Part shown: positions 1 to 4,728 of the stretch, in pieces
How the letters are laid out: every line of letters starts with the position of its first letter
Position numbering within the stretch: position 1 is the stretch's first letter
Source of the DNA: Candidatus Iainarchaeum sp.
GTDB lineage: Archaea; Iainarchaeota; Iainarchaeia; Iainarchaeales; GCA-2688035
Assembly (NCBI GenBank): GCA_028713935.1
Contig: JAQTNI010000056.1
Span: 1-5,449, forward strand
Length of the DNA stretch: 5,449 nt
Reading direction: 5' to 3'
Notes under the pieces: generated by a model
Databases searched by the model: none
The model's input: the letters and a program-made list of their open reading frames with translations, nothing else
What the model was told of the DNA's origin: nothing
Translations under genes and position numbers: made by a program

Positions 1-137
1 TTATGAGAAGCACTGCAGCCACAAGCTTTCCTCAGGCAGCTACCAGAGCGCTATTAAACATTAAAGAGGAAACAGACGCAGTCGAAACAGGCCTCATTAA
101 AATAAAAGCCAGGCGGAAAGCAGAAACAGGACAATAA
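1..137 (+). CDS. 3' end of an unidentified upstream gene (partial, runs off the left edge)
   Basis: Frame 3 is open from the window edge to TAA at 135-137 (..MRSTAATSFPQAATRALLNIKEETDAVETGLIKIKARRKAETGQ*). It is too short for the ORF track and I recognise no family. The stop abuts the rpe region, consistent with the tight packing elsewhere. Confidence 0.3.
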   Translation, partial: MRSTAATSFPQAATRALLNIKEETDAVETGLIKIKARRKAETGQ

Positions 138-152
138 TTGGGCGGGAAAAAC

Positions 153-800
153 ATGGCTGAAATTGCGCCTTCTGTGCTGAATGCTGATTTTTCAAGGGCA
201 GGAGAATGGCTTCCGCAACTGGAAAAAGCAGGAGCTGAATGGATTCATTGGGACATAATGGACAACAAGTTTGTCCCGAATTCCGGCGTTGAAATGAAAT
301 GGATTCCGGAACTGAGGAAAAAAACAGGAATTTTGTTTGATTGCCATTTAATGGTTGAAAAGCCGGAAACATATTTTAAAAAACTCGGGGAATTCGGAGC
401 TGATTTGATTACGTTTCATGTTGAGGCGGCAAAAAAGCCTGAAGAAACAATCAGGCAAATCAGAAAATCGGGATTGAAAGTTGGAATTGCAATTAACAAT
501 GAAACAGCTGCAGAAAAAATCTTCCCTTTTTTAGGCATGGCGGACATTGCACTTGTAATGGGAGTCCAGGCAGGCTTTGGAGGACAGTCATTCAATCCAA
601 AAGCACTGGAAAAAATTGCCTTGCTTAAAAAAAAAAGTGAAAAAGAAAAATTGGGCTGCAAAATACAGGTTGACGGGGGAATAAACCTTGAAACGGGAAA
701 ACAATGCACAATGGCAGGCGCAGATGTCCTTGTGGCAGGCTCTTTTGTATTCAAAAGCAAAAACATGGAAGAAACAATTTTGGAATTAAAACGGCTTTAA
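153..800 (+). CDS. rpe: ribulose-phosphate 3-epimerase
   Basis: Full-length by-eye match to the Rpe family: IAPSVLNADF N-terminus, IHWDIMD (H-x-D), DCHLMV, MGVQAGFGGQ, VDGGIN, VAGSFVF. I prefer ATG 153 over the in-frame TTG 138 used by the track because it gives the usual short N-terminus. TTG 138 (AGGA at 128-131, 6-nt spacer) cannot be excluded. Stop TAA 798-800. Confidence 0.9.
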   Translation: MAEIAPSVLNADFSRAGEWLPQLEKAGAEWIHWDIMDNKFVPNSGVEMKWIPELRKKTGILFDCHLMVEKPETYFKKLGEFGADLITFHVEAAKKPEETIRQIRKSGLKVGIAINNETAAEKIFPFLGMADIALVMGVQAGFGGQSFNPKALEKIALLKKKSEKEKLGCKIQVDGGINLETGKQCTMAGADVLVAGSFVFKSKNMEETILELKRL

Positions 801-803
801 TTT

Positions 804-838
804 TGCGGAAATCGCAGCCATGCTCCGCATATCTTTTT
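804..838 (+). terminator. possible rpe terminator (imperfect hairpin plus T5)
   Basis: TGCGGA (804-809) pairs with TCCGCA (824-829), with inner GCA/TGC (814-816/821-823), followed by T5 at 834-838. Archaeal termination depends mainly on oligo-T. Function is not shown. Confidence 0.3.
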
Positions 839-846
839 AAATATAT
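835..846 (+). promoter_or_regulatory. TATA-like box for the regulator-nifS-nifU operon
   Basis: TTTTAAATATAT at 835-846. With the usual archaeal TATA-to-TSS distance this predicts a TSS near 865-870. That leaves a ~25-nt leader carrying GGTGA (883-887) before TTG 892. Confidence 0.45.
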
Positions 847-878
847 ATGAACTATCATTCATATGAATTTGGATTCAT
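847..878. promoter_or_regulatory. two abutting ATGAA-N6-TTCAT dyads (candidate operator)
   Basis: 847-862 is ATGAActatcaTTCAT and 863-878 is ATGAAtttggaTTCAT. Together they form a 32-bp element symmetric about 862/863, with the perfect palindrome ATTCATATGAAT at 857-868. It lies between the TATA-like box and the SD of the ArsR-family gene. Confidence 0.5.
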
Positions 879-891
879 TGTTGGTGATTTT

Positions 892-1224
892 TTGAAAACA
901 ACGCCGTACCATTTGTGTTTTGAAACTTTGGGAAATGACCTGCGCATAAGGATTCTTTCCGCGCTTGCGGAAAGCCCGAAAAGCGTGCAGTCAATTGAGG
1001 GAAAAACAGGGGCGAGCCAGAGCGCTGTGAGCCATGCGCTTGCAGAGCTGAAAGAATGCAGCTTTGTTTCTTCAATTGCAATCGGAAAAGAAAGGATTTA
1101 CAACCTGAACAGCAGCCTTTCCCGCCTTGCGGGAAATGCAAAGCCCGGAACACCGGCTTTTTTGAGCGTAATGGAAAAGCATTTCCAGCAGAACTGCAAG
1201 AACAAGTGCAGAAAAATGGGATAA
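892..1224 (+). CDS. ArsR/SmtB-family winged-helix transcriptional regulator
   Basis: wHTH core LGNDLRIRILSALAESPKSVQSIEGKTGASQSAVSHALAELKECSFVSS..GKERIYNL fits the ArsR-type pattern. No ELCVCD-type metal site is present. The track gives ATG 847; I prefer in-frame TTG 892 because of GGTGA + 4 nt and because the TATA-like box sits flush against 847. Stop TAA 1222-1224. It lies 14 nt upstream of nifS. Confidence 0.8.
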   Translation: MKTTPYHLCFETLGNDLRIRILSALAESPKSVQSIEGKTGASQSAVSHALAELKECSFVSSIAIGKERIYNLNSSLSRLAGNAKPGTPAFLSVMEKHFQQNCKNKCRKMG

Positions 1225-1238
1225 GGGCTGGTGAAAAA

Positions 1239-2420
1239 ATGCAAAGAATATACCTTGACCATGCCGCCACTACTTACACAAGGCCTGAAGTGAAAAAGGC
1301 AATAATGCCTTTTTTTGAGGAAAATTTTGGGAATCCCGGGAGCTTCCATTCAATCGGCCTTGAGGCAAAAAAGGCTTTGCTTGAAGCAAGAAAAAAAATC
1401 GCTTCAATCCTGAACTGTGAACCTGAAGAAATTATTTTTACTGGCTCTGGCACAGAATCCTGCAACCTTGCAATTAAGGGAGTTGCTTTTGCTTTGCGGA
1501 AAAAAGGAAAGCATATTATTACGCAGAAAACAGAGCATCATGCAGTGCTTCATCCCTGCGAATGGCTGGAAAAAGAATTCGGGTTTGAAATTACTTATCT
1601 TGATGTTGACAGGTTTGGCATTGTTGATTTAAGGCAGCTTGAAAATGCAATCAGGAAAGACACAATTCTCATTTCAATAATGTATGCAAACAATGAGATT
1701 GGCACTATCCAGCCAATAAAGAAAATTGCGGCTATTGCAAAAAAGCACAAAGTGCTTTTTCATACTGACGCCTGCCAGGCAGCGGGCCTTGAAGAAATTG
1801 ATGTGAAAAAATTGGGTGTTGATTTGATGACAATTAACGGCAGCAAAATTTATGCATTGAAAGGAACTGGCTTGCTTTTTGCAAAAAAAAGCACTCCTTT
1901 GATGCCTTTGATTCACGGGGGCTCGCAGGAATTTGGGAAACGGGCGGGCACTGAAAATGTTGCGGGCATAGTTGGATTGGCAACCGCGCTTGAACTTGCG
2001 CAGAAAGAGCGTTTCAAAGAGGCAAAAAGGCTTTCTGCCCTGAGGGATTACCTGATTAAGAATTTGCTGAAAAAAATTCCAAAAAGCATTCTGCAGGGGC
2101 ACTCCAAAAAAAGGCTTCCAAACAATGCGGCAATTTCTTTTCTGGATGTGGAAGGAGAAGCAATCCTGCTTTATCTTGATAGGGAAGGGATTTGCGCAAG
2201 CACAGGCTCTGCCTGCACATCATCTTCGCTTGAGCCAAGCCATGTGATTCTTGCAACAGGAATGCCTTACGAAATTGCCCATGGAAACATAAGGTTTTCC
2301 CTTGGAAAAAAAACAACAAAAAAAGAAATTGATTTTGTAATTAAAAAATTGCCGAAAATAATTGAAAAATTGAGAAAATTAAGCCCAGTTGAATTAAGCA
2401 AAAAAGAAGTTGGATTGTGA
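1239..2420 (+). CDS. nifS: class I cysteine desulfurase (NifS/IscS type, PLP-dependent)
   Basis: IYLDHAATT N-terminus, SGTESCNLAIKG, HTDACQAAG, PLP-lysine region INGSKIYALKGTG (Lys203), RAGTENV, and the catalytic loop STGSACTSSSLEPSHV (Cys326). The start is ATG 1239 with GGTGA at 1230-1234. The track ORF from 1056 is only an in-frame upstream read-through overlapping the regulator gene. Confidence 0.92.
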   Translation: MQRIYLDHAATTYTRPEVKKAIMPFFEENFGNPGSFHSIGLEAKKALLEARKKIASILNCEPEEIIFTGSGTESCNLAIKGVAFALRKKGKHIITQKTEHHAVLHPCEWLEKEFGFEITYLDVDRFGIVDLRQLENAIRKDTILISIMYANNEIGTIQPIKKIAAIAKKHKVLFHTDACQAAGLEEIDVKKLGVDLMTINGSKIYALKGTGLLFAKKSTPLMPLIHGGSQEFGKRAGTENVAGIVGLATALELAQKERFKEAKRLSALRDYLIKNLLKKIPKSILQGHSKKRLPNNAAISFLDVEGEAILLYLDREGICASTGSACTSSSLEPSHVILATGMPYEIAHGNIRFSLGKKTTKKEIDFVIKKLPKIIEKLRKLSPVELSKKEVGL

Positions 2421-2430
2421 AGGTGAAATT

Positions 2431-3087
2431 TTGAAACAGGGATTCAAGCCGGATGTAATAGGAAATGAAGGATGGTTTTATTCTGAGAAAGTAAAGGACC
2501 ATTTTTTTAATCCAAGGAATATTTTCAAAAGCAAGGCGGAAGCAAAAAAATACAAGGCAGACGGAATCGGGACAATCGGGAGCCCCATATGTGGAGACGT
2601 AATGAAATTGTGGATTAAGGTGGATAAAAAAACAGACAGGATAAAGGAATGCAAATTCCAGACTTTTGGATGCGCCTCTGCAATTGCCTCAACCTCAATG
2701 CTGACAGTAATGGCAACTGAAAAAGGCGGAATGAAACTTGACAAAGCCCTGAAGCTTACACCGAAAGATATTATGGAAAGATTGGGCGGATTGCCTGAAA
2801 GAAAAGTGCATTGCTCTGTCCTCGGGGACAAGGCATTGAGAGAGGCAATCAATGATTATTTCAGGAAAACAAGGCAATTTGAAAGGATTTCAGGGGAAGG
2901 CACAAAAATAATTGACAAGGCATTAAAAATCACAAACAAGGACATTGAAGAAGCAGTGCTTGAAGGCGCAAAAACATTTGAAGAAATCCAAAAAATGACA
3001 AAAATAGGGATTCAGGACAAAAACTGCATTCCTGAAACAAAAAGGCTGATTAAATATTACAGGGAAAAGCATTTTGGAAAAAACTAG
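2431..3087 (+). CDS. nifU: IscU/NifU-type Fe-S scaffold with a C-terminal degenerate BFD-like domain
   Basis: IscU-domain hallmarks: YSEKVKDHFFNPRN, GSPICGDVMKL, FQTFGCASAIAS, LPERKVHCSVLG (three scaffold Cys plus Asp and His). There is no in-frame ATG before the first Cys motif. TTG 2431 has GGTGA (2422-2426) + 4 nt. TTG 2410 (the track start, overlapping the nifS stop) is the alternative. Stop TAG 3085-3087. Confidence 0.85.
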   Translation: MKQGFKPDVIGNEGWFYSEKVKDHFFNPRNIFKSKAEAKKYKADGIGTIGSPICGDVMKLWIKVDKKTDRIKECKFQTFGCASAIASTSMLTVMATEKGGMKLDKALKLTPKDIMERLGGLPERKVHCSVLGDKALREAINDYFRKTRQFERISGEGTKIIDKALKITNKDIEEAVLEGAKTFEEIQKMTKIGIQDKNCIPETKRLIKYYREKHFGKN

Positions 3088-3094
3088 TTTTTTT
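3078..3094. terminator. palindromic A6-CTAG-T7, candidate bidirectional oligo-T terminator
   Basis: The sequence aaaaaaCTAGttttttt gives T7 right after the nifU stop on the + strand and T6 right after the stop of the convergent gene on the - strand. It lies inside the last codons of both genes. Confidence 0.4.
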
Positions 3095-3686
3095 CGGGAA
3101 CCCCTTCACAGGTTATTTTTGCTGTTTTTGTAAGGCCGCCATCAATTGCATAATCAATTGAAAAAGAATAAGCAGGCGGAAAATAAAAATCGCTTGCCTT
3201 GCAAGGCCCAATTGCTTCCTGGCTCAAAAACAACCCATTGATTACAATGCCGCCATCTGAAGAAATTTTAACCTGTTTTCCAGCGTTGATTTCATTATAA
3301 CTTTTTCCATTAAGATAATAGGGCACAAACAACTGGACAAAAGAGCAGGCAGGCAGTTCCTGCTTGTAATAGCTCTTGTTGTAAGGCATAATGCCTGAAA
3401 TGGAAATCCCGCTGCCAGTTGAATTTTTCAGGGACATTTTTCCAGGAGAATCACCATTGTAAATATAGCCCCACAAATTGCAGTTTCCACTGGGGCAGAC
3501 TGCCTGAACATAATTTTTTGAATAAGGCAGGGAATAATTTTCCATTGTTAACTGGGGGTCACTGGAATAACAAACAAGCTTCGGGGAAAGGACAACAAAA
3601 AAAACCGCCACTGCCGTGATAAGCAGAACCAGGACAGAGCTGAAAATCAGCATGTAAAAAGGGGCGGACTGTGCAGTAAAATCCAT
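3084..3686 (-). CDS. orphan membrane-anchored, probably extracytoplasmic protein
   Basis: 200-aa ORF with ATG at 3686. It has one N-terminal hydrophobic helix (FYMLIFSSVLVLLITAVAVFFVVL), then a ~165-aa Y/S/G/N-rich region with six Cys and three N-x-S/T sequons (NYS, NST, NKS). No family is recognised. A TATA-like box ~31 nt upstream suggests a leaderless or short-leader mRNA. Confidence 0.7.
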   Translation of the reverse strand: MDFTAQSAPFYMLIFSSVLVLLITAVAVFFVVLSPKLVCYSSDPQLTMENYSLPYSKNYVQAVCPSGNCNLWGYIYNGDSPGKMSLKNSTGSGISISGIMPYNKSYYKQELPACSFVQLFVPYYLNGKSYNEINAGKQVKISSDGGIVINGLFLSQEAIGPCKASDFYFPPAYSFSIDYAIDGGLTKTAKITCEGVPEKN

Positions 3687-3747
3687 TTTTATTCACTATT
3701 CTCTGTTTTAAATATAAGATTTCAAATATTTATTAATAGGTGTTTAA
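3687..3747. promoter_or_regulatory. 61-bp divergent promoter region
   Basis: TATA-like TTTTAAATATAA (3706-3717) and ATATTTATTAATA (3726-3738). AGGTG (3738-3742) lies 5 nt before the pth2 TTG. Which box serves which gene cannot be decided from sequence alone. Confidence 0.4.
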
Positions 3748-4089
3748 TTGGGCTTGAAACAGGTTATTGTTGTAAGGGCGGACTTGAAAATGGGAAAAGG
3801 AAAAATAGCCGCGCAATGCGCGCACGCAAGCATAGAGGCAATGTTCAAAGCGCATAACCGCGATGTTGAAGCCTGGCGCGAAACAGGAATGAAAAAAATT
3901 GTCCTGAAAATTTCTTCAAAAAAAGAACTGTTTGAATTGTTTGAAAAAATGAAAAAAAAATTTCCAACTGCCCTGATAAAAGATGCGGGCCTTACACAAA
4001 TAGAATCAGGCGAAGCAACCTGCATAGGGATAGGGCCTGCGGAAGAAAAAGAAATTGACGAATTTGTTGGGCACTTAAAACTGCTTTGA
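3748..4089 (+). CDS. pth2: peptidyl-tRNA hydrolase, archaeal/eukaryal Pth2 type
   Basis: KQVIVVRADLKMGKGKIAAQCAHAS, IKDAGLTQIESGEATCIGIGP and the C-terminal GHLKLL are the PTH2-family signature as I recall it from archaeal proteins. There is no ATG before the conserved core. TTG 3748 (SD AGGTG, 5-nt spacer) is preferred; TTG 3754 is the alternative. Confidence 0.9.
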   Translation: MGLKQVIVVRADLKMGKGKIAAQCAHASIEAMFKAHNRDVEAWRETGMKKIVLKISSKKELFELFEKMKKKFPTALIKDAGLTQIESGEATCIGIGPAEEKEIDEFVGHLKLL

Positions 4090-4099
4090 AGGCAAAAAG

Positions 4100-4127
4100 G
4101 CAAATTTGCATCAAAGAAAAGCTTTTT
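4100..4127 (+). terminator. possible pth2 terminator region
   Basis: Perfect 10-bp palindromes GCAAATTTGC (4100-4109) and AAAAGCTTTT (4117-4126), the latter running into T5 (4123-4127). The T5 lies 34 nt after the pth2 stop. Confidence 0.3.
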
Positions 4128-4135
4128 ATGCTGTT

Positions 4136-4174
4136 GTGTATCTAATGTGCATATAGAGTGTATGCGGGGTGCAT
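4136..4174 (+). repeat. four GTGYAT hexamers phased at 11 bp (candidate antitoxin operator)
   Basis: GTGTAT 4136, GTGCAT 4147, GTGTAT 4158 and GTGCAT 4169. This is equivalent to GTGTAT-N5-GTGCAT twice, 22 bp apart. The array ends 3 nt before the antitoxin ATG and overlaps its SD, GGGGTG (4166-4171). Confidence 0.45.
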
Positions 4175-4176
4175 TT

Positions 4177-4428
4177 ATGGTTGATGCGCGGGTTGAATTG
4201 AATAAATACTCCAATAAGGTTTTGGCTGTTGTAAAGGCAAAGTATGATTTGAAGGACAAGAGCCAGGCCCTTAACAAGTTTGTAGAATTGTATGGCGCTA
4301 ACGAGGTTGAGCCTGAAGTAAAAGAAGAGTATGTAAAAAAAATTCTGAAAATAGAGGAAGATTATTACAAAAACTGTTCTCACAGGAAAATGAGCGGCAA
4401 AGAACTGGACAAGCTTTTTGGAAAGTGA
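4177..4428 (+). CDS. putative ribbon-helix-helix-type antitoxin
   Basis: The N-terminus MVDARVELNKYSNKVLAVVKAKYDLKDKSQALNKFVELY has a strand-helix-helix pattern and resembles small archaeal antitoxin-like proteins I recall (possibly DUF2683-like, unverified). ATG 4177 has GGGGTG + 5 nt; the track's GTG 4147 lacks an SD. Its stop lies 4 nt before the toxin ATG. Confidence 0.65.
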   Translation: MVDARVELNKYSNKVLAVVKAKYDLKDKSQALNKFVELYGANEVEPEVKEEYVKKILKIEEDYYKNCSHRKMSGKELDKLFGK

Positions 4429-4432
4429 CTCA

Positions 4433-4714
4433 ATGCCTTTCGACTACGATTTTTCGCCAAAACTCAGGCGGATAATACAAAAGCTTGTGAAAAATGACAG
4501 GCATAGGGCAGGCATAATTTACAACAAAGTGAAGGAAATAATAAACTCTGATGAAACCACGATTGAGCATTACAAGAACTTGCGGCACGATTTGAGCAAC
4601 CAGAAACGTGTGCACGTTGACGAAAGCTTTGTCCTAACATTCAGCTTTGACAAAAAGAAAAAATTTATTCTCTTTCTGGATTTTGACCATCACGACAACA
4701 TTTACAGGCGATGA
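4433..4714 (+). CDS. relE: RelE/ParE-superfamily toxin (RelE/StbE- or YafQ-like mRNA interferase)
   Basis: 93 aa and basic. The pattern ..KLRRIIQKLVKND....I..KV.EI......HYKNLRHDL...KRVHVDESFVLTFSFDKKKKFILFLDFDHHDNIYRR matches the RelE-like layout, including the C-terminal HxD..Y. It is translationally coupled to the upstream small gene. ATG 4433 is preferred over TTG 4418. Confidence 0.72.
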   Translation: MPFDYDFSPKLRRIIQKLVKNDRHRAGIIYNKVKEIINSDETTIEHYKNLRHDLSNQKRVHVDESFVLTFSFDKKKKFILFLDFDHHDNIYRR

Positions 4715-4718
4715 ATGC

Positions 4719-4726
4719 AAAAAAAA
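4719..4726 (-). terminator. oligo-T (T8 on the minus strand) right after the stop of the Cys-repeat gene
   Basis: A8 on the + strand at 4719-4726 is T8 on the - strand, 2 nt downstream of the TAA (4729-4731, minus). It sits in the 14-bp gap between the two convergent genes. Confidence 0.35.
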
Positions 4727-4728
4727 GA

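Noticed and set aside
627-636. Long homopolymers in coding sequence as programmed slippage or phase-variation sites (A10 at 627-636 in rpe, A8 at 1883-1890 in nifS, A9 at 3952-3960 in pth2)
   Set aside because: They encode in-frame Lys runs in housekeeping genes of an AT-rich genome with AAA-biased Lys codons. No alternative frame continues into a meaningful ORF.
847-1224. Calling the regulator an arsenic or heavy-metal sensor
   Set aside because: The ArsR/SmtB fold is clear, but the CxC-type metal site in the helix preceding the HTH is absent. Genomic context points to Fe-S assembly, and ligand specificity cannot be read from the sequence.
1056-1238. 61-residue N-terminal extension of the cysteine desulfurase ORF
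   Set aside because: It overlaps the 3' end of the regulator gene in another frame and has no similarity to desulfurase N-termini. The canonical IYLDHAATT motif follows ATG 1239, which has its own GGTGA box.
3084-3686. Archaeal type IV pilin-like (class III signal peptide) reading of MDFTAQSAPFYMLIF...
   Set aside because: There is no basic residue or Gly before the putative cleavage point (TAQ/SA rather than [KR]G-type). The resemblance is limited to a short polar head plus a hydrophobic helix, which any signal anchor shows.
3748-4714. Pth2 plus the RelE-like module as a functionally linked three-gene system (the toxin stalls ribosomes and Pth2 recycles the dropped peptidyl-tRNA)
   Set aside because: Pth2 is a universal archaeal housekeeping gene. 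It is separated from the module by 87 bp containing a T5 tract and a separate repeat array. Adjacency in a compact genome is not evidence of coupling.
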